32,363 nt of DNA, from the UHGV virus genome UHGV-0310739. One strand, written 5' to 3'. The notes beneath the pieces were generated by a model, which made no database searches, had not been told where the DNA came from, and saw nothing but the letters and a program-made list of their open reading frames with translations. Shown here piece by piece: positions 16,475-26,589 of this stretch (within the stretch, counting starts at the first letter, position 1; every line of letters starts with the position of its first letter). This DNA comes from a virus. The translations under genes were made by a program, and so were the position numbers.

Positions 16475-17774
16475 TCTGGCGTATGCCGCACGCCTCCCGC
16501 CAAAGGAGGCTGTCGCGTATTTCCGCGCCAAAGGTTACAACATCACCTGGAACTGGTACGAACAACTGGCAGACGCGCACGCCTGCGCCTTTACCGTTGC
16601 CAAAGCCACCCGGATGGATGTACTGACCACAATCCGTGAGGAAGTGGAGCGGGCTGTCAGTGAAGGCATCACCCGTGAGGAATTTACCCGCACACTTGCC
16701 CCCCGGCTGCAAAAACTCGGATGGTGGGGAAAACAAATCATCGTGGATGCAGACGGAAACGCAAAGGTAATCGAGCTGGGCAGTCCGCGTCGTCTGGCAA
16801 CCATTTATAACGTCAATACCCGTACGGCGTATGGGGCAGGACGTTATGCGCAGATGATGAATACCGCCGATTTGTACCCGTACTGGCAGTACGTTGCCGT
16901 TATGGATGGCAGAACACGCCCGGAACATGCGCGGCTGCACAATATGGTTTTCCGGTATGACGACATTTTCTGGCAGACGCATTACCCGCCCAATGGCTGG
17001 AACTGCCGCTGTCGCGTCCGGGCGCTGTCTGCGGCCCGCATGAAAGAACTGGGGCTACAGGTCAGTTATGGTACGTCATTCATGAATACCCGCGAAGTGG
17101 ATGCCGGTACGGATGAAAGCACCGGAGAGATTTTCCGCACATCGTCAACCACGTTTGACAACGGTCGGGTAAAAATGACGCCAGATGTGGGCTGGTCATA
17201 TAACCCCGGTTCGGCGGCATTTGGTACGGATCAGGCACTGATTCGAAAACTGGTGGAAGTTCGTGACGCGCAGCTGCGTGAGCAGGTTGTTCAGACGCTG
17301 AATAACAGCCGGGAGCGTCAGCTTGCTTTTTCCCTCTGGCTTAAACGTCTGGCGAAATCACGCCGGGCCGGACATGAGGTCCGTACGCTGGGTTTTATGA
17401 CGGGATCCGTGGCGGAGGCCGTATATCAGCGCACCGGGAATATGCCAGCCCGTCTGCTTGTGATGAACGGGAAAAGTCTGGCGACCACTGCTGATGCCGC
17501 CCTGAAACCGGAGGATTTACAGCGTCTGCCGTCGCTGATGGCAAAACCACAGGCGGTATTGTGGGACAGGGAGAACCACCAGTTGCTGTATGTTGTGGCA
17601 ACCCGCGACGGCACTGCAAAAGTTGTGGTCAGAACATCGCAGGCTGTCAGCAAACAGAATGACCGGGCGGATGTGCTGGTCAGTATCAGCCGCGTATCTG
17701 CACAGTCGCTTGAAGCCGCGATTGCTGACGGGATGATTGACATACTGGAGGGGCATGTGGAGGTGAATAAGTGA
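16455..17774 (+). CDS. Head morphogenesis protein (Mu gp30/F-like)
   Basis: About 440 aa downstream of portal; start uncertain (16419 or 16455) because the 5' end overlaps the portal gene. Confidence 0.75.
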   Translation: MPQQTIDLAYAARLPPKEAVAYFRAKGYNITWNWYEQLADAHACAFTVAKATRMDVLTTIREEVERAVSEGITREEFTRTLAPRLQKLGWWGKQIIVDADGNAKVIELGSPRRLATIYNVNTRTAYGAGRYAQMMNTADLYPYWQYVAVMDGRTRPEHARLHNMVFRYDDIFWQTHYPPNGWNCRCRVRALSAARMKELGLQVSYGTSFMNTREVDAGTDESTGEIFRTSSTTFDNGRVKMTPDVGWSYNPGSAAFGTDQALIRKLVEVRDAQLREQVVQTLNNSRERQLAFSLWLKRLAKSRRAGHEVRTLGFMTGSVAEAVYQRTGNMPARLLVMNGKSLATTADAALKPEDLQRLPSLMAKPQAVLWDRENHQLLYVVATRDGTAKVVVRTSQAVSKQNDRADVLVSISRVSAQSLEAAIADGMIDILEGHVEVNK

Positions 17775-18241
17775 GTCTTGATATGAACGTTGCCGTGGAT
17801 GTGCGACGTATTCAGCTTGCACTGGATGAACTGGGAACCGTTACACGTGACCGCGCCATTCCCCGTGTGATGGCTGCGGCGCTGCTGTCATCCACGGAAC
17901 AGGCATTTGAACGGCAGGCAGACCCGGATACAGGGAAAGGCTGGGAAGCGTGGAGCGATTCGTGGCAGGCATGGCGTCAGGATCATGGTTTTGTTCCGGG
18001 CAGTATCCTTACCCTGCATGGCGATCTGGCACGCAGCATTACCACCGATTATGGACAGGATTATGCCCTTATTGGTTCGCCAAAAATTTATGCTGCCATT
18101 CATCAGTGGGGCGGTACACCCGATATGGCACCCCGCCCGGCAGGCGTTCCTGCGCGTCCTTATATGGGGCTGGATAAGACCGGGGAACAGGAAATTTTTG
18201 ATGCCATCAGAAAACGCGTCAGCGCCGCTCTGAGGCAATAA
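17771..18241 (+). CDS. Virion morphogenesis protein (Mu gp31/G position)
   Basis: 156-aa ORF coupled to F (overlapping GTGA); synteny. Confidence 0.7.
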   Translation: MSLDMNVAVDVRRIQLALDELGTVTRDRAIPRVMAAALLSSTEQAFERQADPDTGKGWEAWSDSWQAWRQDHGFVPGSILTLHGDLARSITTDYGQDYALIGSPKIYAAIHQWGGTPDMAPRPAGVPARPYMGLDKTGEQEIFDAIRKRVSAALRQ

Positions 18242-18437
18242 ACTGAATCAGACATGAAATCAGCCGCACAGATTTTTTAAAACGCGCCACGGGATTTTTA
18301 AACCGGTATTTAACGGTGTATGAATCCCGTTTTATCTTCCTTCCACTTTCTTTCTCCATTACTCAAATAGCATAACCCCAGATTTTCCCGCACCTCCCGC
18401 AAACTGACTGCTCACAAACCATGATGAGCAGCAGGAC
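18242..18437. promoter_or_regulatory. Central intergenic region between G and I: expected late promoter for the head operon and candidate strong gyrase site
   Basis: 196-bp non-coding gap about 17.9-18.1 kb from the left end, where Mu carries its strong gyrase site and C-dependent I promoter; contains an 8-bp inverted repeat acgggatt/aatcccgt and a cataacccca...gatttt motif also found upstream of lys. Confidence 0.4.
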
Positions 18438-19523
18438 ATGAAAAAACACGCGATTGGCATTGCCGCACTGAGTGCGCTGTCCATTGACGATGACGGCTGG
18501 TGCCAGCTATTGCCTGCCGGTCATTTCAGTGCCCGTGATGGTCGTCCGTTTGATGTGACAGACGGTCAGGGGTGGTTCATCGACGGTGAGATTGCCGGGC
18601 GTCTGGTTGAAGGCGTTCGCGCGCTCAACCAGGACGTGCTGATTGATTACGAGCATAACCAGCTACGTAAGGACAAAGGATTACCCCCGGAACAACTCGT
18701 CGCGGCTGGCTGGTTTAACGCCGATGAAATGCAGTGGCGTGAAGGTGAAGGGTTATTTATCCACCCACGCTGGACGGCGGCGGCCCAGCAGCGCATCGAT
18801 GACGGCGAATTTGGTTATCTCTCTGCGGTTTTTCCGTATGACACCGCCACCGGTGCAGTGCTGCAAATCCGCCTTGCTGCGCTGACCAATGACCCCGGTG
18901 CCACCGGCATGAAAAAGCTGACCGCACTGGCGGCAGACCTTCCCGACATCCTTCAACAGGAGAACAAACCCATGAATGAAACGCTGCGCAAGCTGCTTGC
19001 GCGTCTTGGGGTGACGGTCCCCGAAAATGCAGACATCACCGATGAACAGGCCAGCGCGGCCCTGAGTGCGCTTGATGCGCTCGAAACAGATGCCGGAAAA
19101 GTGGCGGCGTTGTCTGCCGAACTGGAAAAGGCACAGAAAGCCGCCGTTGACCTGACGAAATACGTCCCGGTGGAAAGCTACAACGCCCTGCGTGATGAAC
19201 TGGCACAGGCGACTGCACAAAGCGCCACAGCCAGCCTGAGCGCCGTTCTGGACAAGGCGGAACAGGAAGGCCGCATTTTCAAAAGCGAACGTACCTATCT
19301 GGAACAGCTTGGCGGTCAGATTGGCGTGGCGGCACTGTCGGCACAGCTTGAGAAAAAACAGCCTATCGCTGCGTTATCTGCCATGCAGACCACCACAGCG
19401 AAAATCCCGTCGCAGGAAAAAACGGCGGTGGCGGTGCTGTCTGCTGATGAACAGGCAGCAGTGAAGGCGCTCGGCATTACAGAGGCTGAGTATCTGAAAA
19501 TGAAACAGGAACAAGAAAAATGA
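18438..19523 (+). CDS. Prohead protease / scaffold protein (Mu gp32/I)
   Basis: 361 aa (the size I recall for Mu I), immediately upstream of the major capsid gene; Ala/Gln/Glu-rich helical C-terminal half consistent with scaffold. Confidence 0.85.
   Translation: MKKHAIGIAALSALSIDDDGWCQLLPAGHFSARDGRPFDVTDGQGWFIDGEIAGRLVEGVRALNQDVLIDYEHNQLRKDKGLPPEQLVAAGWFNADEMQWREGEGLFIHPRWTAAAQQRIDDGEFGYLSAVFPYDTATGAVLQIRLAALTNDPGATGMKKLTALAADLPDILQQENKPMNETLRKLLARLGVTVPENADITDEQASAALSALDALETDAGKVAALSAELEKAQKAAVDLTKYVPVESYNALRDELAQATAQSATASLSAVLDKAEQEGRIFKSERTYLEQLGGQIGVAALSAQLEKKQPIAALSAMQTTTAKIPSQEKTAVAVLSADEQAAVKALGITEAEYLKMKQEQEK
18972..19523 (+). CDS. Possible scaffold protein Z from an internal in-frame start within I
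   Basis: In-frame ATG at 18972 (MNETLRKLL...) preceded by AGGAG at 9 nt; would encode the C-terminal 183 aa; in Mu a scaffold is made from within the I frame. Confidence 0.4.
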   Translation: MNETLRKLLARLGVTVPENADITDEQASAALSALDALETDAGKVAALSAELEKAQKAAVDLTKYVPVESYNALRDELAQATAQSATASLSAVLDKAEQEGRIFKSERTYLEQLGGQIGVAALSAQLEKKQPIAALSAMQTTTAKIPSQEKTAVAVLSADEQAAVKALGITEAEYLKMKQEQEK

Positions 19524-20437
19524 TTGTCACCCCGGCATCCATTAAAGCCCTGATGACCTCCTGGCGTAAGGATTTTCAGGGCGGTCTTGAAGACGCCCCG
19601 TCGCAGTACAACAAAATTGCAATGGTGGTGAACTCTTCCACCCGCAGTAATACCTATGGCTGGCTGGGTAAATTCCCGACCCTGAAAGAATGGGTGGGTA
19701 AGCGAACCATTCAGCAAATGGAAGCGCATGGCTACTCCATCGCCAATAAAACGTTTGAAGGCACCGTGGGTATTTCCCGTGATGACTTCGAGGATGACAA
19801 TCTGGGTATTTATGCGCCGATTTTTCAGGAGATGGGCCGTTCTGCGGCAGTTCAGCCGGATGAGCTGATTTTTAAACTTCTGAAAGATGGCTTTACCCAG
19901 CCGTGCTATGACGGTCAGAACTTCTTCGACAAGGAGCATCCGGTATATCCGAATGTGGACGGCACGGGCAGCGCGGTTAATACCTCCAACATCGTTGAGC
20001 AGGACAGCTTCAGCGGTCTGCCGTTCTATCTGCTGGACTGCTCCCGCGCAGTCAAACCGCTGATTTTCCAGGAGCGCCGCAAACCGGAGCTGGTCGCACG
20101 TACCCGTATCGATGACGACCACGTTTTTATGGATAACGAGTTCCTGTTTGGTGCCAGCGCCCGCCGTGCTGCCGGTTACGGCTTCTGGCAGATGGCTGTC
20201 GCGATAAAAGGCGATCTGACGCTGGATAACCTCTGGAAGGGCTGGCAACTGATGCGCTCTTTTGAAGGTGATGGCGGTAAGAAGCTGGGCCTGAAGCCGA
20301 CGCATATCGTTGTACCGGTCGGACTGGAAAAAGCCGCAGAGCAACTGCTTAACCGTGAACTGTTCGCGGATGGCAATACCACCGTCTCCAACGAGATGAA
20401 GGGCAAGCTGCAACTGGTTGTCGCTGACTACCTGTAA
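19520..20437 (+). CDS. Major capsid protein (Mu gp34/T)
   Basis: 305 aa (the size I recall for Mu T); follows protease/scaffold; followed by a terminator hairpin. Confidence 0.9.
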   Translation: MIVTPASIKALMTSWRKDFQGGLEDAPSQYNKIAMVVNSSTRSNTYGWLGKFPTLKEWVGKRTIQQMEAHGYSIANKTFEGTVGISRDDFEDDNLGIYAPIFQEMGRSAAVQPDELIFKLLKDGFTQPCYDGQNFFDKEHPVYPNVDGTGSAVNTSNIVEQDSFSGLPFYLLDCSRAVKPLIFQERRKPELVARTRIDDDHVFMDNEFLFGASARRAAGYGFWQMAVAIKGDLTLDNLWKGWQLMRSFEGDGGKKLGLKPTHIVVPVGLEKAAEQLLNRELFADGNTTVSNEMKGKLQLVVADYL

Positions 20438-20445
20438 CCGTCGTT

Positions 20446-20470
20446 AAAAGGCGGTTCAGGCCGCCTTTTA
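20446..20470 (+). terminator. Hairpin terminator/attenuator after the capsid gene
   Basis: aaaaggcgg-ttcagg-ccgcctttt stem-loop 9 bp after the T stop; A tract upstream and T tract downstream. Confidence 0.5.
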
Positions 20471-20503
20471 ACCTGATTTAAAGGAAAAGGAGGAGCATGT
20501 GTT

Positions 20504-20914
20504 ATGTCAGGCACTTCGCTTAATTCACAACGGCTGGACACTTCTCGCATCACTTGCACGGCGATTATTAAATGCCTTCGTCCGGTCTACCGCCGCGCCG
20601 GAATCGCCTTTACACGTGGTGAAAACACCGTGGAAGTCACCGAAGAACAACTGGCGATCATTCGTGCCGACAGCGTGCTGTCTGTGGTATCTGCATCGTC
20701 AGCAGAAACGCTCGCTGAGGCTGGGGGGCTGGACGTTCTGGGTGTGGGCGATCTGAATACCCGTATCCGTGCGACCGTTGCCGGTCTGGATAAGGCAAAC
20801 CCGGAGCACTTTACCGCAGGGGGAGAACCCAAAGTGAAAGCCGTCAGTGCGGCGCTGGGGGAACCGGTGAGCAGTGCGCAAATCAAAGCGGCGCTGGCTG
20901 AGGCGGATGCATGA
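20504..20914 (+). CDS. Hypothetical head-associated protein (Mu gp35 position)
   Basis: 136-aa ORF with GGAGGAG RBS between the capsid gene and J. Confidence 0.6.
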   Translation: MSGTSLNSQRLDTSRITCTAIIKCLRPVYRRAGIAFTRGENTVEVTEEQLAIIRADSVLSVVSASSAETLAEAGGLDVLGVGDLNTRIRATVAGLDKANPEHFTAGGEPKVKAVSAALGEPVSSAQIKAALAEADA

Positions 20915-21336
20915 ATTACGCGACGGTAAATGACCTGTGCGCCCGCTATACACGTACGCGGCTGGATATTCTCACCCGCCCTAAAACAGCGGACGGGCAG
21001 CCGGATGATGCCGTGGCAGAACAGGCACTGGCAGATGCCTCGGCCTTTATTGATGGCTATCTCGCCGCGCGCTTTGTTCTGCCGCTTACCGTCGTCCCCT
21101 CACTGCTGAAACGGCAGTGTTGCGTGGTGGCCTGGTTTTATCTGAATGAATCACAACCCACCGAGCAGATCACCGCTGCCTACAGGGACACAGTGCGCTG
21201 GCTGGAACAGGTGCGCGATGGCAAAACAGATCCCGGCGTGGAAAGCAGGACGGCAGCCTCGCCGGATGGTGAAAACCTTGTGCAGGTGCAGTCTGACGCG
21301 CCGGTCTTCTCACGAAAACAGAAGGGGTTTATCTGA
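20911..21336 (+). CDS. Head completion / connector protein (Mu gp36/J position)
   Basis: 141-aa ORF, translationally coupled; synteny. Confidence 0.65.
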   Translation: MNYATVNDLCARYTRTRLDILTRPKTADGQPDDAVAEQALADASAFIDGYLAARFVLPLTVVPSLLKRQCCVVAWFYLNESQPTEQITAAYRDTVRWLEQVRDGKTDPGVESRTAASPDGENLVQVQSDAPVFSRKQKGFI

Positions 21337-21884
21337 TGCTGGAAGAAACCGAAGCCGCACTGCTGGCGCGCGTTCGTGAGTTGTTTGGGGCAACCCTGCG
21401 GCAGGTGGAACCCCTTACCGGCACATGGACTAACGAGGATGTGCACCGTCTCTTTCTGGCCCCGCCATCGGTATTTCTGGCATGGATGGGCTGTGGTGAG
21501 GGGCGTACGCGTCGGGAAGTTGAAAGTCGCTGGGCATTTTTTGTCGTGGCGGAGTTGCTGAACGGGGAACAGGTAAACCGGCCCGGTATTTATCAGATTG
21601 TGGAGCGACTGATTGCCGGTGTTAACGGTCAGACGTTTGGCCCGACCACCGGGATGAGACTGACGCAGGTCAGAAATCTTTGTGACGACAACCGTATCAA
21701 TGCCGGTGTGGTGCTTTACGGCGTTCTGTTCAGTGGCACTACCCCGCTGCCGTCCGTGGTGGACATGGATTCGCTGGATGATTACGAGCGTCACTGGCAG
21801 ACCTGGAAATTCCCGGACGAAACCCCGGAATTTGCCGCACATATCAATGTGAATCAGGAAAAGGATCATGATGCTGAAAATTAA
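21336..21884 (+). CDS. Head-tail joining / tail terminator-like protein (Mu gp37/K position)
   Basis: 182-aa ORF; synteny. Confidence 0.65.
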   Translation: MLEETEAALLARVRELFGATLRQVEPLTGTWTNEDVHRLFLAPPSVFLAWMGCGEGRTRREVESRWAFFVVAELLNGEQVNRPGIYQIVERLIAGVNGQTFGPTTGMRLTQVRNLCDDNRINAGVVLYGVLFSGTTPLPSVVDMDSLDDYERHWQTWKFPDETPEFAAHINVNQEKDHDAEN

Positions 21885-22074
21885 ACCCGCAGCGGGAAAA
21901 GCCATCCGTGACCCGCTCACGATGAAATTACTGGCTCCGGAGGGAGAAGAAAAGCCCCGTAACAGTTTCTGGATACGTCGCCTTGCAGCCGGTGATGTGG
22001 TTGAAGTCGGGAACACCGAAAACACGGCGGATGATACCGACGCTGCGCCGAAAAAACGGAGTAAATCGAAATGA
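21868..22074 (+). CDS. Hypothetical small protein (Mu gp38 position)
   Basis: 68-aa ORF, Lys-rich C-terminus, immediately upstream of the sheath gene. Confidence 0.5.
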
Positions 22075-23558
22075 GCGATATTTCATTTAACGCGATCCCG
22101 TCAGATGTTCGCGTTCCTCTGACGTATATCGAATTTGATAACAGTAATGCCGTCAGCGGAACACCGGCACCCCGTCAGCGCGTGCTGATGTTCGGGCAAA
22201 GCGGAAGTAAAGCCAGTGCGGCACCAAACGTGCCTGTCCGTATCCGTTCCGGCTCACAGGCCAGTGCGGCGTTTGGTCAGGGTTCCATGCTGGCACTGAT
22301 GGCAGATGCATTCCTGAACGCTAACCGCGTGGCGGAGCTGTGGTGTATTCCGCAGGGGAACGGCACCGGTAATGCTGCTGTCGGTGAAATTTCACTGTCA
22401 GGAACGGCAGGCGAAAACGGCTCGCTTGTGACTTACATTGCCGGTCAGCGACTGGCGGTATCTGTCGCAGCAGGTGCAACGGGAGCGGCGCTGGCTGACC
22501 TGCTGGTTGCCCGAATCAAAGGCCAGCCGGATTTACCGGTGACGGCAGAAGTTCGCGCAGACAGCGGAGATGATGACACCCATGCAGATGTGGTTCTGAG
22601 TGCAAAATTTACGGGTGCATTATCTGCCGTGGACGTGCGCTGGAACTATTACGCGGGTGAAACCACCCCTTACGGGATTATCACGGCATTCAAAGCCGCC
22701 TCCGGGAAAAATGGCAACCCGGATATCAGCGCAAGTATCGCGGGAATGGGCGATCTGCAATACAAATATATTGTGATGCCCTATACCGATGAACCGAACC
22801 TGAATCTGTTACGCACTGAATTGCAGGAACGCTGGGGACCGGTCAATCAGGCTGATGGTTTTGCCGTGACAGTGCTGTCCGGCACGTATGGGGATATTTC
22901 TACGTTTGGTGTCAGTCGTAATGACCATCTGATCTCCTGTATGGGGATTGCCGGTGCACCGGAACCGTCATATCTGTACGCCGCCACACTGTGTGCCGTT
23001 GCCAGCCAGGCGCTTTCCATCGACCCGGCGCGTCCGCTCCAGACGCTGACGTTGCCCGGAAGAATGCCGCCTGCGGTGGGGGATCGTTTTACCTGGTCAG
23101 AACGTAATGCGCTGCTGTTTGACGGCATCTCCACGTTTAACGTGAATGATGGTGGTGAAATGCAGATTGAACGCATGATCACGATGTACCGCACAAACAA
23201 GTACGGTGACAGTGATCCGTCTTATCTGAACGTGAATACCATCGCCACGCTGAGTTATCTGCGTTATTCGCTGCGAACCCGCATCACGCAGAAATTCCCG
23301 AACTACAAGCTGGCAAGTGATGGCACCCGCTTTGCCACCGGTCAGGCCGTGGTGACGCCATCCGTGATCAAAACGGAACTGCTGGCACTGTTTGAAGAAT
23401 GGGAAAACGCCGGACTGGTCGAGGATTTCGACACGTTCAAAGAGGAGCTGTATGTGGCACGTAACAAGGACGACAAAGACCGTCTTGATGTGCTGTGCGG
23501 CCCGAATCTGATTAACCAGTTCCGCATTTTCGCGGCACAAGTTCAGTTCATTCTGTAA
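22071..23558 (+). CDS. Contractile tail sheath protein (Mu gp39/L)
   Basis: 495 aa (the size I recall for Mu L); followed by the tail tube gene. Confidence 0.9.
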
Positions 23559-23567
23559 GGAGCATTT

Positions 23568-23924
23568 ATGGCTGGAAATCAGCGTCAGGGGGTGGCGTTC
23601 ATCCGTGTCAATGGCATGGAGCTTGAAACGATGGAAGGGGCCTCCTTCACACCTTCCGGCATCACCCGTGAAGAAGTGACCGGCTCGCGGGTTTATGGCT
23701 GGAAAGGTAAACCACGTGCCGCAAAGCTGGAATGCAAAATTCCGGGCGGTGGTGATATCGGTCTGGATGAAATCATCGGCTGGGAAAATATCACGGCAGA
23801 GTTTCAGGCAGACACCGGTGAAACCTGGATGATGGCGAATGCCTGGCAGGCAGATGAACCGAAAAACGACGGCGGCGAAATTTCGCTGGTACTGATGGCA
23901 AAACAAAGCAAACGCATTGCATAA
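23568..23924 (+). CDS. Tail tube protein (Mu gp40/M)
   Basis: 118 aa; AGGAG RBS; immediately after sheath. Confidence 0.85.
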   Translation: MAGNQRQGVAFIRVNGMELETMEGASFTPSGITREEVTGSRVYGWKGKPRAAKLECKIPGGGDIGLDEIIGWENITAEFQADTGETWMMANAWQADEPKNDGGEISLVLMAKQSKRIA

Positions 23925-23933
23925 GGGGAAACA

Positions 23934-24368
23934 ATGGACGAAATGAATTTAGGTCCTGAAGCACAGGAACTGCATGACAGCATTGTGGCAGAAATTCAGT
24001 CCGGCGTGCTGAAACTGAAAGACGGCCTGCCGTTCGGCACCGGTGACGAGACTGAAATGCAGTATGACGTGACACTGCGTGAACTGACCGCAGGCGATAT
24101 GATTGATGCACAGGCGGCTGCTGAAAAGCTGGTAATGAGCAAGGAAGGTCCGGTGCTGGTCAGTTCCCCGTCCCGGATGGGACTGGAAATGCTGCGCCGA
24201 CAGATTGCCAGCGTGGGCTGCATCAAAGGCCCGTTGTCGATGGCGCTGATTCGTAAGCTGTCTGTCGATGACTTCCAGCGTCTGTCGCTGGCCACAGAAA
24301 TGTACGACATGGCTGTGGCGGCATCGCTGACGCAAGAACGGGGGCGAGTGGCTGCGGTGCCGGAATGA
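23934..24368 (+). CDS. Tail assembly chaperone (Mu gp41 position)
   Basis: 144 aa between tube and tape measure, the conserved chaperone position; acidic. Confidence 0.7.
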   Translation: MDEMNLGPEAQELHDSIVAEIQSGVLKLKDGLPFGTGDETEMQYDVTLRELTAGDMIDAQAAAEKLVMSKEGPVLVSSPSRMGLEMLRRQIASVGCIKGPLSMALIRKLSVDDFQRLSLATEMYDMAVAASLTQERGRVAAVPE

Positions 24369-24512
24369 TATTGAGAAAGCGGCGACAGCGATTGGCGTTA
24401 TTCTGAAAAGTGGCCCGGAATGGGCCTTATCCCTTCCGCTGTCCCGCTTTTTCCGGCACTGCCAGCAGGCTAAAACCCTCTCTCAATATCACCGTTAAAT
24501 CAGGAAATCTCT

Positions 24513-26585
24513 ATGACCGGGAAACGCTTAAAGGCGTCTGTCATTATTGATCTTAATGGCAATCTTTCCCGGCGTTCCCGCCAGTATTCGAACCAGATAA
24601 ACGCCCTGTCCCGTAGCGGACAAAGTTCCCTTCGTGCCCTGCGTATGGAGGTTGTGCGCGTTTCTGGTGCCATTGACAGAATGGGTTCTCTGTCAACCCG
24701 TACATTCCGAATGCTGTCAGCCGGGGCGCTGGGTATCGCTGGCGTGGGTTACACCGCCAATAAACTGTTTATTGGTGCAGCCGCCCAGCGTGAGCAGCAG
24801 ATCATCGCCATGAACTCGCTGTATCACGGCGATAAGGTCAGAGCGCAGGCCATGATGGCCTGGGCGAAGCAGAACGCGAAGGACACCACGTGGGGGCTGA
24901 GTGGTGTTCTTGATGAGATCCGTTCGTCGAAAGGCTTCGGCATGACGGATGAACAGACGAAACAGTTCATCACCATGTTGCAGGATCAGGGGGCCATGCA
25001 CGGCTGGGATTTACCAACTGCACAGGGTGCCTCACTGCAACTGAAACAGATGTTTGCCCGCCAGCAAATCACAGCGGCGGATGCCAACCTGCTGACCGGT
25101 TACGGTATTAACGTTTACCAGACGCTGGCGGATGCACTGGGTAAAGACGTTAAGGATATCCGCAAACAAGGTGAAAAAGGCAAGCTGGGTCTGAAATCCA
25201 TTCTGACGGTATTCAGAACGCTGTCAGAACAGTCAAAAGGTGCACAGGCCAGTGCGATGAACTCCTGGGACGGGATGTTCGCCCAGATGGAAGCTAACCT
25301 GCTTGAATTTCGCATAAAGGTGGCAAACAGCGGCCCCTTTGAAGAAATCAAGAACGAGATGCGCCGGGTGCTTAACTGGCACGACATGGCGGATAAATCC
25401 GGGGAACTTGACGCACTGGCAGAAAACATTGGTCAGAAATTTCTGACCACGTTCAGAACGGTAAAAATCGCGGCGCAGGAATTATGGCGCTGGCTGAAAC
25501 CGGGTAAAGATGCGCTGGCATGGGTTGACCAGAATATTGTCAGCCTGAAAAAACTGGCTGCTGTTCTGGTGTCTGTCTGGCTTGCCAATAAAGCCCTGAG
25601 AGCAGGCTGGGCCGTGGCAAAACCCTCATGGCAGGTTGCCAGTTATCCGTTTAAAACCGGGCGTCGTATGTGGCGCTGGATGCGAAACCGCAAACGTGGG
25701 CAGGCAGGTCTGCCGGTCCCGGATGCCATGACGTCTGAGACGCTGTTGCAGGGTATCGGCATTCAGCGTGTGTTTGTCATCAACTGGCCCCGTGGATTTG
25801 GTGGCTACGGGAGTGGCGGCGGTCGTCGCGGACGGAGCGGCGGAAGAATGGCCCCGCTGTTACCCCGCCAGCCGTTATTGCTGTCCGGGCCACAGCCGCT
25901 GGCATTACCTGCACCACGCCCTGTACTGGCATTACCCCCACCCGGCGTACCGGTAACAGCACGGCCTGCACCATTACCTTTACCCGGTAAATCCGGTCTT
26001 CTGAGCAGGCTTGCAGGCAGTGCTGCCGGGCAACTGGTTACGGGAACGGTCGGAAAGCTGGCTGATGCCGGGCGTGCTGTTGGCGGGTGGTTTTCCGGTA
26101 TCGGAAACAAACTTGCAGGCAGTGCGATCGGTCGGGTTGTGACAAAAGGTGCCGGGGCGCTGGGCTGGATGGGGAAAGGTGCCGGTCGTGCGTTGTCACG
26201 TCTGGGTGGCCCGGTAATGGGGGCACTCCAGCTTGCCCCCGTCCTGATGGATGAGCAGGCGTCAACCCATGAAAAAGCAGGTGCAATTGGCAGTACAGCC
26301 GGTGCATGGCTCGGCGGTGCCGTTGGCAGCCTTGCCGGACCGCTGGGTACGGTTGCCGGTGCCACGCTGGGCAGTGTCGCCGGGGAGTATCTGGGCGGTT
26401 TTGTAACCGACCTGTATCAGAAATGGACGGCCCCGGATAAGGAACCGCAGGAACAAAAAGTGAATGCGGAAGCCTCGCTGCGCGTCGAACTTGGCGAGGG
26501 GTTACGTCTGGCCAGTTCCCGTGTCACCGAGGATGGTATGGGGCTGAATATTTACGCGGGCGATAACTACATTACAGGCTGGTAA
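24513..26585 (+). CDS. Tail tape measure protein (Mu gp42/Y)
   Basis: 690 aa; helical N-terminal half, Pro/Ala-rich linker and Gly/Ala-rich glycine-zipper-like C-terminal region. Confidence 0.9.
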   Translation: MTGKRLKASVIIDLNGNLSRRSRQYSNQINALSRSGQSSLRALRMEVVRVSGAIDRMGSLSTRTFRMLSAGALGIAGVGYTANKLFIGAAAQREQQIIAMNSLYHGDKVRAQAMMAWAKQNAKDTTWGLSGVLDEIRSSKGFGMTDEQTKQFITMLQDQGAMHGWDLPTAQGASLQLKQMFARQQITAADANLLTGYGINVYQTLADALGKDVKDIRKQGEKGKLGLKSILTVFRTLSEQSKGAQASAMNSWDGMFAQMEANLLEFRIKVANSGPFEEIKNEMRRVLNWHDMADKSGELDALAENIGQKFLTTFRTVKIAAQELWRWLKPGKDALAWVDQNIVSLKKLAAVLVSVWLANKALRAGWAVAKPSWQVASYPFKTGRRMWRWMRNRKRGQAGLPVPDAMTSETLLQGIGIQRVFVINWPRGFGGYGSGGGRRGRSGGRMAPLLPRQPLLLSGPQPLALPAPRPVLALPPPGVPVTARPAPLPLPGKSGLLSRLAGSAAGQLVTGTVGKLADAGRAVGGWFSGIGNKLAGSAIGRVVTKGAGALGWMGKGAGRALSRLGGPVMGALQLAPVLMDEQASTHEKAGAIGSTAGAWLGGAVGSLAGPLGTVAGATLGSVAGEYLGGFVTDLYQKWTAPDKEPQEQKVNAEASLRVELGEGLRLASSRVTEDGMGLNIYAGDNYITGW

Positions 26586-26589
26586 AACC

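Noticed and set aside
19316-20413. 365-aa minus-strand ORF antisense to the major capsid gene
   Set aside because: Fully contained within the capsid and scaffold coding region on the opposite strand; no start signals; composition typical of an antisense artefact.
21180-22025. 281-aa minus-strand ORF antisense to the J/K head genes
   Set aside because: Overlaps three co-oriented, coupled plus-strand genes; no RBS; judged spurious.
23097-23906. 269-aa minus-strand ORF antisense to the sheath and tube genes
   Set aside because: Antisense to two highly confident structural genes; no independent support.
24359-24416. -1 frameshift extension of the tail assembly chaperone
   Set aside because: The -1 frame is open for only 16 codons past the chaperone stop and I see no canonical slippery heptamer; the longer +1 frame is reported instead as the candidate.
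25805-26365. 186-aa Pro/Ala-rich minus-strand ORF inside the tape measure gene
   Set aside because: Lies antisense to the GC-rich, repetitive C-terminal part of the tape measure gene, where long artefactual frames are expected.
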